A DNA stretch of 64,000 nt from the human T2T-CHM13v2.0 reference genome, Homo sapiens: NCBI RefSeq assembly GCF_009914755.1, contig NC_060927.1; one strand, 5' to 3'. Position 1 is the stretch's first letter; each line of letters begins with the position of its first letter. A model generated the notes under the pieces. The model worked only from the letters and a program-made list of their open reading frames with translations, had not been told where the DNA came from and did no database searches. The translations under genes were made by a program, and so were the position numbers. Positions 15,283 to 31,257 of the stretch are shown here, piece by piece.

Positions 15283-15351
15283 GGAGCGCCGCCCGGGAGG
15301 CAGCGGCTGGAGGAGCGGACGGGCCCCGCGGGGCCCGAGGGCAAGGAGCAG
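15283..15351 (+). pseudogene. MAST2: Transduced 3' part of MAST2 exon 1
   Basis: Translates (G)APPGRQRLEERTGPAGPEGKEQ, which matches the MAST2 N-terminus as I recall it; joins the SVA Alu-like region at ...gagcag|ccgcctgccttggcc, the known SVA_F1 splice junction. Confidence 0.9.
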
Positions 15352-15387
15352 CCGCCTGCCTTGGCCTCCCAAAGTGCCGAGATTACA

Positions 15388-17403
15388 GCCTCTGCCCGGC
15401 CGCCACCCCGTCTGGGAAGTGAGGAGTGTCTCTGCCTGGCCGCCCATCGTCTGGGATGTGAGGAGCCCCTCTGCCTGGCTGCCCAGTCTGGAAAGTGAGG
15501 AGCGTCTCCGCCCGGCCGCCATCCCATCTAGGAAGTGAGGAGCGCCTCTTCCCAGCCGCCATCACATCTAGGAAGTGAGGAGCGTCTCTGCCTGGCCGCC
15601 CATCGTCTGAGATGTGGGGAGCGCCTCTGCCCCGCCGCCCCATCTGGGATGTGAGGAGCGCCTCTGCCCGGCCGAGACCCCGTCTGGGAGGTGAGGAGCG
15701 TCTCTGCCCGGCCGCCCCGTCTGAGAACTGAGGAGACCCTCTGCCTGGCAACCACCCCGTCTGAGAAGTGAGGAGCCCCTCTGCCCGGCAGCTGCCCCGT
15801 CTGAGAAGTGAGGAGCCTCTCCGCCCAGCAGCCACCCCATCTGGGAAGTGAGGAGCGTCTCCGCCCGGCAGCCACCCCGTCCGGGAGGGAGGTGGGGGGG
15901 GGGTCAGCCCCCGCCAGGCCAGCCGCCCCATCCGGGAGGGAGGTGGGGGGGTCAGCCCCCCGCCTGGCCAGCCGTGCCGTCCGGGAGGGAGGTGGGGGGG
16001 TCAGCCCCCCGCCTGGCCAGCCGTGCCGTCCGGGAGGGAGGTGGGGGGGTCAGCCCCCCGCCCGGCCAGCCGCCCCGTCCGGGAGGTGAGGGGCGCCTCT
16101 GCCCGGCCGCCCCTACTGGGAAGTGAGGAGCCCCTCAGCCCGGCCAGCCACCCCGTCCGGGAGGGAGATGGGGGGGTCAGCCCCCCAACCCGGCCAGCCG
16201 CCCCATCCGGGAGGGAGGTGGGGGGGTCAGCCCCCCACCCGGCCAGCCGCCCCGTCCGGGAGGGAGGTGGGGGGGTCAGCCCTCCGCCCGGCCAGCCGCC
16301 CCGTCTGGGAGGTGAGGGGCGCCTCTGCCCAGCCGCCCCTACTGGGAACTGAGGAGCCCCTCTGCCCGGCCAGCCGCCCCGTCTGGGAGGGAGGTTGGGG
16401 GGTCAGCCCCCCGCCCGGCCAGCCGCCCTGTCCGGGAGGGAGGTAGGGGGGTCAGCCCTCCGTCCGGCCAGCCGCCCCGTCTGGGAGGTGAGGGGCGCCT
16501 CTGCCCGGCCGCCCCTACTGGGAAGTGAGGAGCCCCTCTGCCCGGCCAGCCGCCCCGTCCGGGAGGGAGGTGGGGGGGTCGGCCCCCCGCCCGGCCAGCC
16601 GCCCCGTCCGGGAGGGAGGTGGGGGTGTCGGCCCCCCGCCCGGCCAGCCGCCCCGTCCGGGAGGGAGGTGGGGGTGTCGGCCCCCCGCCCGGCCAGCCGC
16701 CCCGTCCGGGAGGGAGGTGGGGGGGTCGGCCCCCCGCCTGGCCAGCCGTGCCGTCCGGGAGGGAGGTAGGGGGGTCGGCCCCCCGCCCGGCCAGCCGCCC
16801 CGTCCAGGAGGTGAGGGGCGCCTCTGCCCGGCCGCCCCTACTGGGAAGTGAGGAGCCCCTCAGCCCGGCCAGCCACCCCGTCCGGGAGGGAGATGGGGGG
16901 GTCAGCCCCCCCACCCGGCCAGCCGCCCCATCCGGGAGGGAGGTGGGGGGGTCAGCCCCCCGCCTGGCCAGCCGCCCCATCCGGGAGGGAGGTGGGGGGG
17001 TCAGCCCTCCGCCCGGCCAGCCGCCCCGTCTGGGAGGTGAGGGGCGCCTCTGCCCAGCCGCCCCTACTGGGAAGTGAGGAGCCCCTCTGCCCGGCCAGCT
17101 GCCCCGTCCGGGAGGGAGGTTGGAGGGTCAGCCCCCCGCCCGGCCAGCCGCCCCGTCCGGGAGGGAGGTGGGGGGGGGGTCAGCCCCCCTGCCCGGCCAG
17201 CCGCCCCGTCCGGGAGGTGAGGGGCGCCTCTGCCCGGCCGCCCCTACTGGGAAGTGAGGAGCCCCTCTGCCCGGCCAGCCGCCCCGTCCGGGAGGGAGGT
17301 GGGGGTGTCAGCCCCCCGTCCGGGTGGTGAGGGGCGCCTCTGCCCGGCCGCCCCTACTGGGAAGTGAGGAGCCCCTCTGCCCGGCCACCACCCCGTCTGG
17401 GAG
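15388..17403 (+). repeat. SVA VNTR (about 35-50-bp GC-rich units)
   Basis: Repeats such as gcccggccagccgccccgtccgggagggaggtggggggg and gcctctgcccggccgcccctactgggaagtgaggag. Confidence 0.95.
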
Positions 17404-17910
17404 GTGTGCCCAACAGCTCATTGAGAACGGGCCAGGATGACAATGGCGGCTTTGTGGAATAGAAAGGCGGGAAAGGTGGGGAAAAGATTGAGAAATCGGA
17501 TGGTTGCCGTGTCTGTGTAGAAAGTAGAAGACATGGGAGACTTTTCATTTTGTTCTGCACTAAGAAAAATTCCTCTGCCTTGGGATCCTGTTGATCTGTG
17601 ACCTTACCCCCAACCCTGTGCTCTCTGAAACATGTGCTGTGTCCACTCAGGGTTAAATGGATTAAGGGCGGTGCAAGATGTGCTTTGTTAAACAGATGCT
17701 TGAAGGCAGCATACTCTTTAAGAGTCATCACCAATCCCTAATCTCAAGTAATCAGGGACACAAACACTGCGGAAGGCCGCAGGGTCCTCTGCCTAGGAAA
17801 ACCAGAGACCTTTGTTCACTTGTTTATCTGCTGACCTTCCCTCCACTATTGTCCCATGACCCTGCCAAATCCCCCTCTGTGAGAAACACCCAAGAATTAT
17901 CAATAAAAAA
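17404..17910 (+). mobile_element. SINE-R domain of the SVA (HERV-K env/LTR-derived)
   Basis: gtgtgcccaacagctcattgagaacgggcc...gagaaacacccaagaattatcaataaa. Confidence 0.93.
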
Positions 17911-17999
17911 ATAAATTAAAAAAAAAAAAAAAAAAGAACTGGTAAATTCAGTAAAGTAGCAGAATATAAAATCAATAAACAAAAATTAGTATCCTTCCT

Positions 18000-18302
<303 letters not shown>

Positions 18303-18720
18303 AAAACATCAGTAGCATTTCTATATGCCAATAGTGAACAATCTGAAAATGAAATCAATAAAGTAATCCCATTTACAATAGCTACAAATAAAATTAAATA
18401 CCTAGAAGTTACTTTAACCAAAGACATGAAAGAACTCTACAATGAAAATTATAAAGCATAGGTAAAAGAAATGGGACACCAAAAAAATGGAAAGATATTC
18501 CATGTTCATGGATTGGAAGAATCACTATTGTTAAAATGCCCATACTACTCAAAGCAATCTACAGATGCAATGCAATGGCTATCAAAATACCAAGGACATT
18601 CCTCACAGACATAGAAAAAACAATCCTAAAACATATATGGAACCACAAAAGACCCAGAGTAGCCAAAGCTATACTGAGCAAAAAGAACAAAACTGGGGGA
18701 ATCACATTACCCCAGTTTTT

Positions 18721-18722
<2 letters not shown>

Positions 18723-18752
<30 letters not shown>
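18723..18752. repeat. (CA)n microsatellite
   Basis: Direct read. Confidence 0.95.
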
Positions 18753-18756
<4 letters not shown>

Positions 18757-18905
18757 TATAAATTTGCACGTGTTTAATTTTTACAGTTTACATATACATA
18801 CCTCAATATGTAATATATACATATATATAAACTGTAAAAATTAAACTAAGTGATTTAAAAAATACAATAGTATTTTATCTTTATAAAGTGAAGGTGGATT
18901 TTCTG

Positions 18906-19239
<334 letters not shown>

Positions 19240-22112
19240 TAAACAGAGAAAAGACTGGTAGACTTGACTATATAAACATTTAAATATTCTGTACTATGCA
19301 AGATATCATAAACAAAATTAACAGATAAATGACAAACTGGGAAACAATATTTGTAACATATAGAGAGGGGTTCCAAGATGGCTGACTATAGGCATCCAGC
19401 ACTCACCTCCTCCATGAAGAAAAACCAAAATAGCAAGTAGATAATCACACTTCGAATAGAGCATCTAAGACAGAACACTAAGATTCAACAAGGAAATGAC
19501 AGCAAACACCTGAGGCATGGAAGGAGAGGAAAAGCAAAGTATCCAGTTAGGCCAGGATCAGCTGGGAACCCAGAGAGGTTTCTCAGTGCAGGCAAAGGGT
19601 AAGCGAGAGATCCCCAGCAGTCCACATTCCCACCACAAACTCTCATAACTCTAGCCATTGGAGAGCCCCTCAACCTTCTTGGGCCCTTAGCCTCCACTAA
19701 CAACCACAGCCTAAGCCACTGAGGAAATCACAAACAACACTGACATTATTTATAGCCAAAGAAATCATACAGAGACTACACTACTGCATGCACCTAGAAT
19801 CAAAACCAAAATGTCCAACCCAACCAACAGCACAGATACATCTTCAAGAAAAAATCTTGCCCTAGGAAATCCAATCCAAAAATTGGAAGAAATAACTGTT
19901 ATACCAGATGTGCAGATAACAACATAAAGACACAGAAACATGAAAAAGCAAGGAAATATGATGTCTCAAAAGGAACACAATAATTCTCCAGCAACAGATT
20001 CCAATAAAAAAGAGATGTATGAAATGCTGGGAAAAATGTTCAAAATATTCATTGTAAAGCTTAGTGAGAGACAAGAAATCACAGAATACAAAGGAATCAG
20101 AAATGTGATTCAGGATATGAATGAGATAGATATCATAAAAAAGTATGATACAGAAATCCTGGAACTGAATAATTCAATAAATAAAATTTAAAAATACATT
20201 TCAGAGCTTCACCAGTAGACTAGATCAAGCGGAACAAAGAATTTCAGAACTTGAAGACAAGTCTTTGAAATAATCCAGCCAGACCAAAATTTATTTAAAA
20301 AAAGAAAAGAAAAAGAATGAACAAAACCTATGTGACATGTGAGACATCATAAAATAATCAAATGTTTGAATTTTTGGCATTCCAGAAGATGAATAGAAGA
20401 CCAAAGGAATAGAAAGCCTATTTCATGAAATCATAGCTTAAAAGTTCCCAAGTCTAGTCAAAGACTTAGATATCTAGATACAAGAACTCAGAGTTCACCA
20501 AATTGATACAGTCAAAAAGGTCTTCTCCTAGCACATTATAATCAAATTGTCAAAAGTCAAAGACAAAGGGAGACTTCTAAAAACAGCAAGAGATAAGCAT
20601 CTATCATATGTAAGAGAACTCCCCTGACCCCTGCCATCAGATTAACTATGGATTCCTCAGCAGAAACTTTACAGGCCAGGAGAGAATTAGATGATATATT
20701 CAAAGTAGTGAAAAAAAAAAAAAAAAGCCAGCCAAGGATACTATACCCAGCAAAGGTTTCCTTCACAAATGAAGGAGAAAGCAAGTTTTTGTTTGATTCC
20801 CAGACAAGCAAAAACTGAGAGAATGCATCACCACTAGTCTGATTCTATAAGAAATGGTTACGGGGTCCTAAAACTTATAGTAAAAAAATTGCATCTACCA
20901 TCATGAAAACACATAAATGTATAAAACTCACTGCTATAGCAAACATACAAATAAGGCAGAGAAAGGACTCAAATGTTACCACTATAGAAAACCATCAAGC
21001 CACAATGATAAAACAATAAGAGAGGAACAAGGGATATACAAAACTACAAGAAATCAAATAATAAATCAACGAGAATAAGCCCTCACATAACAATATTAAC
21101 CCTGAATGTAAGTGAATTAAATTTTCCACTTAAAATTTGTAGGCTGTCTGAATGGATAAAAAAAATTACCCAACTATATGCTGCCACAATAAACTCACTT
21201 CACCTGTAAAAACACATATAGCCTGAAAGTAAAGGGAATGAAAAAAACATTCCATACAAATTGGAAACCAAAAGCAATCAGGAGTAGCTATACTTACATC
21301 AGACAAAACAGATGGTAAGTCAACAATGGTAAAAAGAGACAAAGATGGTCATAATATAATAATAAAGAGATCAATTCAGCAAAAAGATATAACAATTCTA
21401 AATATGTATGCAACCAACAATGGAGCACCCAGGTATATAAAAACAATATTATTAGATCTAACAGGAGAGATAGACTCCAATACAATAATAGTTGGAGGCT
21501 TCAACAACCCACTCACAGCATAAGAAAGACCATCTGGATAGAAATTTAACATAGAAATATTGGACTTACTGCACTTTAGACCAAATGGACATAAGAGATA
21601 TTTACAGAATTACATTCTGTAAATTGCAGTTGCAGAATATACATTGTTCTCATCAGCACATGGGACATTCTTTAGGATAGATCATATGTTAGGCCAGAAA
21701 ACAAACCTCAACAAATTTTTTAAATCAAAATTATGCCAAGTAACTTCTCAGACCAAAATGGAATAAAATTAGAAATCAATGACCAGAGGAACTTCAGAAA
21801 CTGTACAAGCAGAAATTAACACATTCCTGAATGACCATTGGGTCAAGGAAGAAATTAAGGGGGAAATCAAAAAATGTCTTGACACGAATGAAAATTTAAA
21901 TACAGTATACCAAAACCTATGTGATATGGCAAGCAATGCTAATAGAAGTTTATAGCAACAAACATCTACCTCAGAAAAAAAAAACCCACAAAGCTCTCAA
22001 ATGAACAACCTAATGATATACCTCAAAGAAACAAAAGCAAGAATAAACCAAACCCCAAATCTGTAGAAGAAATAATGAAGATCAAATATAAGAGCAGAAC
22101 TAAATGAAATAG

Positions 22113-22458
<346 letters not shown>

Positions 22459-22764
22459 CAAAAGCGAATTTTTTTTTTTTTTTTTTGATTTGGTTAAAAC
22501 AAACCTTTGCTAAAAGGCAGCACAGAGTAATGCTTGCCTGTAATACTTTATTTTTTTATTTTTTTATTATACTTTGTTTTAGGGTACATGTGCACAATGT
22601 GCAGGTTAGTTACATACATATACATGTGCCATGCTGATGCGCTGCACCCACTAACTCGTCATCTAGCATTAGGTATATCTCCCAATGCTATCCCTCCCCC
22701 GCCCACCCCACAACAGTCCCCAGAGTGTGATGTTGCCCTTCCTATGTCCATGTGTTCTCATGGT

Positions 22765-26581
<3,817 letters not shown>

Positions 26582-26644
26582 TATGATGTTAGCTTGTTAT
26601 TTTGCTCGTTAGTTGATGCAGTTTCTTCCTAGTCTCGATGGTCT

Positions 26645-27657
26645 TTACATTTTGGCATGATTTTGCAGCCGCTGGTACCGGTTGTTCCTTTCCATGTTTA
26701 GCGCTTCCTTCAGGAGCTCTTTTAGGGCAGGCCTGGTGGTGACAAAATCTCTCAGCATTTGCTTGTCTGTAAAGTATTTTATTTCTCCTTCACTTATGAA
26801 GCTTAGTTTGGCTGGATATGAAATTCTGGGTTGAAAATTCTTTTCTTTAAGAATGTTGAATACTGGCCCCCACTCTCTTCTGGCTTGTAGAATTTCTGCC
26901 GAGAGATCCGCCATTAGTCTGATGGGCTTCCCTTTGTGGGTAACCCGACCTTTCTGTCTGGCTGCCCTTAACATTTTTTCCTTCATTTCAACTTTGGTGA
27001 ATCTGACAATTATGTGTCTTGGAGTTGCTCTTCTTGAGGAGTATCTCTGTGGCGTTCTCTGTATTTCCTGAATCTGAATGTTGGCCTGCCTTGCTAGATT
27101 GGGGAAGTTCTCCTGGATAATATCCTGCAGAGTGTTTTCCAACTTGGTTCCATTCTCCCCGTCACTTTCAGCTACACCAATCAGACATAGATTTGGTCTT
27201 TTCACATAGTCCCATATTTCTTGGAGGCTTTGTTTGTTTTTTTTTATTCTTTTTCTCTAAACTTCCCTTCTCACTTCATTTCATTCATTTCATCTTCCAC
27301 TGCTGATACCCTTTCTTCCAGTTGATCGCATCGGCTCCTGAGGCTTCTGCATTCTTCACGTAGTTCTCGAGCCTTGGCTTTCAGCTCCATCAGCTCCTTT
27401 AAGCACTTCTCTGTATTGGTTATTCTAGTTATACATTCGTCTAAATTTTTTTCAAAGTTTTTAACTTCTTTGCCTTTGGTTTGAATTTCCTCCTGTAGCT
27501 TGTAGTTTGATCGTCTGAAGCCTTCTTCTCTCAACTCGTCAAAGTCATTCTCTGTCCAGCTTTGTTCCATTGCTGGTGAGGAACTGCATTCCTTTGGAGG
27601 AGGAGATGTGCTCTGCTTTTTAGAGTTTCCAGTTTTTCTGCTCTGTTTTTTCCCCAT
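26645..27657 (-). pseudogene. L1 ORF1, disrupted
   Basis: 128-aa N-terminal piece stops at 27271; 186-aa C-terminal piece (RPNL...QNHAKM) is in another frame. Confidence 0.92.
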
Positions 27658-28241
27658 CTTTGTGGTTTTATCTACTTTTGGTCTTTGATGATGGTGATGT
27701 ACAGATGGGTTTTTGGTGTGGACATCCTTTCTGTTTGTTAGTTTTCCTTCTAACAGACAGGATCCTCAGCTGCAGGTCTGTTGGAGTTTGCTAGAGGTCC
27801 ACTCCAGACCCTGTTTGCCTGGGTATCCACAGCGGTGTTTGCAGAACAGCGGTTTTTCATGAACTGCGAATACTGCTGTCTGATCGTTCCTCTGGAAATT
27901 TTTGTCTCAGAGGAGTACCTGGCCATGTGAAGTGTCAGTGTGCCCCTACTGGGGGGTGCCTCCCAGTTAGGCTGCTCAGGGGTCAGGGGTCAGGGACCCA
28001 CTTGAGGAGGCAGTCTGCCCGTTCTCAGATCTCCAGCTGCGTGCTGGGAGAACCACTGCTCTCCTCAAAGCTGTCAGACAGGGACATTTAAGTCTGCAGA
28101 GGTTACTGCTGTCTTTTTGTTTGTCTGTGCCCTGCCCCCAGAGGCGGAGCCTACAGAGGCAGGCAGGCCTCCTTGAGCTGTGGCAGGCTCCATCCAGTTC
28201 CAGCTTCCCGGCTGCTTTGTTTACCTAAGCAAGCCTGGGCA

Positions 28242-28703
28242 ATGGCAGGCGCCCCTCCCCTAGCCTCACGGCCGCCTTGCAGTTTGATCTCAGACTGCTG
28301 TGCTAGCAATCAGCGAGACTCCGTGGGTGTAGGACCCTCCGAGCCATGTGCGGGATATAATCTCCTGGTGCACTGTTTTTTAAGCCCGTCAGAAAAGCGC
28401 AGTATTCGGGTGGGAGTGACCCGATTTTCCAGGTGCCATCTGTCACCCCTTTCTTTGACTAGGAAAGGGAACTCCCTGACCCCTTGTGCTTCCCGAGTGA
28501 GGCAATGCCTCGCCCTGCTTGGGCTCGCGCACGGTGCGCTGCACCCACTGACCTGCGCCCACTGTCTGGCACTCCCTAGTGAGACGAACCCGGTACCTCA
28601 GATGGAAATGCAGAAATCACCCATCTTCTGTGTCGCTCACGCTGGGAGCTGTAGACCAGAGCCGTTCCTATTTGGCCATCTTGGCTCCTCTCCCAAAAGC
28701 TGA
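28242..28703 (+). CDS. L1 antisense ORF0, open and extended (153 aa); expression unproven
   Basis: ATG at 28242 gives MAGAPPLASRPPCSLISDCCASNQRDSVGVGPSEP..., matching ORF0; the frame stays open past the L1 5' end to TGA at 28701-28703. Confidence 0.55.
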   Translation: MAGAPPLASRPPCSLISDCCASNQRDSVGVGPSEPCAGYNLLVHCFLSPSEKRSIRVGVTRFSRCHLSPLSLTRKGNSLTPCASRVRQCLALLGLAHGALHPLTCAHCLALPSETNPVPQMEMQKSPIFCVAHAGSCRPEPFLFGHLGSSPKS

Positions 28704-31217
28704 TTTTTTAAAAGATAAACAAAATCAATAAACTTCTGGCTGGACTAACCAAGAAAAAAAGTGAAATGACTCAAACAAAACCAGAAACAAAAAAGTTCAC
28801 ATTAAAACCTAGTAGAAATAGATAAATTCCTGGATGCATACAACCTACCAAGATTGAATCGGGAAGAAATAGAATACCTGAACAGGCCAATAATAAGTAA
28901 TGATGTTAAATCAGTAACAAAAAGTCTTCCAACAAACAAAAACCAAGGACCAGATGTCTGCCAAATTCTACTAAACTTTCAATGAAAAACTAACATGAAT
29001 TCTTTTCAAACTATTCAAAAAAATGGAAGAAGAGGGAATTCTCCCTGACTCATTCTATAAGGCCAGCATTACCCTGATATCAAAAACAGACAAGGACCCA
29101 ACATCAAAAACTACAGGCCAATATCCCTGATGAACACAGACACAAAAATCCTCAACAAGATACTAGCAAACCAAATCCAACGACACATCAAAAAGATTAT
29201 ACACCATGATCAAGTGTCATATATCCCATGGTTGCGAGGATAATTCAACATATTCAAATCAATAAATGTGATACATCACATTAACAGAATGATGGACAAA
29301 AACCATATGATCATCTCAATTGATGCAGAAAAAGCACTTAATAAAATTCAACATCCTTCATGTTAAAAAAAAAAAACTCTCAACAAACTAGGCATACAAG
29401 TAACATACCACAACATAATAAAGGCTATATATCACAAACCCACAACTAACATCATGCTGAATGGGGAAAAGCTGAATGCCTTTCCTATAAGATCTGGAAT
29501 GGAACAGGAAAGGATGCCCACTTTCACCACTGTATACTAGTCAACATAGTGCTGGAAGTCCTAGCCAGAGCAATCAGACAAGAGAAAGGCGGAAAAGAAA
29601 AAGCATCTAAATTGGAAAAGAGGAAGTGAAACTATCCCTCTTTGCAGATGACATGATCTTATATTTAGAAAAACCTAAAGTCTCCACCAAAAAACTATTA
29701 GATCTGATTAACAAATTCAGTAAAGTTGCAGAATACAAAATCAACATATAAAAATCAGTAGCATTTCTCTACACTAATAATGAACTAGCTGAAATAGAAA
29801 TCAAGAAGGAAATCCCATTTATAATACCTACCAAAAAGTAAACTACATAGAAATAACCAAAGTGGGAAAAAAGCTCTCCAAGGAAAGCTACAAAACAGTG
29901 ATGACAGAAATTGAAGTGGGCACAAACAAATGAAAGGACATCTCATGCTTGTGGATTGGAGGAATTAATACTGTTAAAATGACCACACTACCCAAAGTAA
30001 CCTACAGATCCCATGAAATTTCTCTCAAAATACCAATGCCATTTTTCACAGAAATAGAAAAAATAATTCTAAAATTTATATGGAAACAAAAACGAGGCCA
30101 AATAATCAAAGCAATCTTAAGCAGAAAGAACAAAACTAGAGGCATCATACTACCTGACTTCAAACAGTTACAAGGATATAGTAACCCAAATAAAAATATA
30201 TTTGAATAAATATAGACATATAAATTAATAGAACAGAATAGAGAACCTAAATATAAATCCACATTTTTTTTACAGCTTACTGATTTTTGACAAAGTCACC
30301 AAGAACATACATGGGAGAAAGGACACTTTCTTCAATAAATGGTTCTGCAAAAATTGAATATCCATATGCAGAATAAGGTAGATATTCCATTATATACTAA
30401 AATAAACTCAAAGTAGATTAAAGACTTAAAAGAAATATCTGAAAATATAACACTACTAGAAGAAAACACACAGGAAGCACTTCGGGACACTGGTCTAGTC
30501 AAATATCTTATGGCTAGGACCTGAAAAGCACAGGCAACAAAAATGAAAACAGAAAAATGGGACTATATTAAACTAAAAAGCTTCTGCACAGCAAAGAAAA
30601 CAATCAGCAGAGTGAAGAAACAACCGTTGAATAGGAGAAAACATCTGCAAACTATTCATCTGACCAGAAACTATTATCCAGAATATACAAGGAACTCAAA
30701 CAACTCAACAGCAAAAAGAAAAAAAAAAAAAAAAAGAAACAAAAAAAAATGCCATTTAAAAGTGGAGAAAGGACACGAGTAGACAATTCTCAAAAGACAT
30801 ACAAATGGCTAACGAGTATATAAAAAATACTCAGCATTACCAGTCATCAAGGAAATGCAAATCAAAAATCATGAGATATCATCTTGCCCCAGTTAGAATG
30901 GCTATTATTAAAAAGACAAAAAATAACAGATGCTGGCAAGGATTCAGAGAAAAGGGAACTCTTCATAGTGTTGGTGGGAATGTAAATTAGTACAGCCATT
31001 ATGAAAAGCAGTATGGATATATCTCAAAAAACTAAAACTAGAACCACCATATGATCCAGCAATACCACTACAGGGTATTTATCCAAAGGAAAAGAAATTG
31101 GTATGTCAAAGGGATACCTGCACTCCCATGTTTATTGCAGCATTATTCACAATAGGAAAAATATGGAACCAACCTAAGTATCTATCTACCAATTGATGAA
31201 TAGATGAAGAAAATGTG

Positions 31218-31220
<3 letters not shown>

Positions 31221-31254
<34 letters not shown>
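31221..31254. repeat. (TA)n microsatellite
   Basis: Direct read. Confidence 0.95.

Positions 31255-31257
<3 letters not shown>

Larger units (their letters stand above)
15283..17934 (+). mobile_element. SVA_F1 (MAST2-SVA / CpG-SVA) retrotransposon, 5'-truncated
   Basis: MAST2-derived 5' end, short Alu-like remnant, about 2-kb GC-rich VNTR, SINE-R, AATAAA (17902), poly(A); perfect TSD agaactggtaaatt at 15269-15282 and 17935-17948. Confidence 0.95.

Noticed and set aside
15388-17403. Repeat array superficially like CRISPR
   Set aside because: No unique spacers and no cas genes; it is the SVA VNTR in human DNA.
15281-17734. Many overlapping Pro/Gly/Arg-rich ORFs of up to 213 aa
   Set aside because: Artefacts of the stop-poor, GC-rich SVA VNTR.
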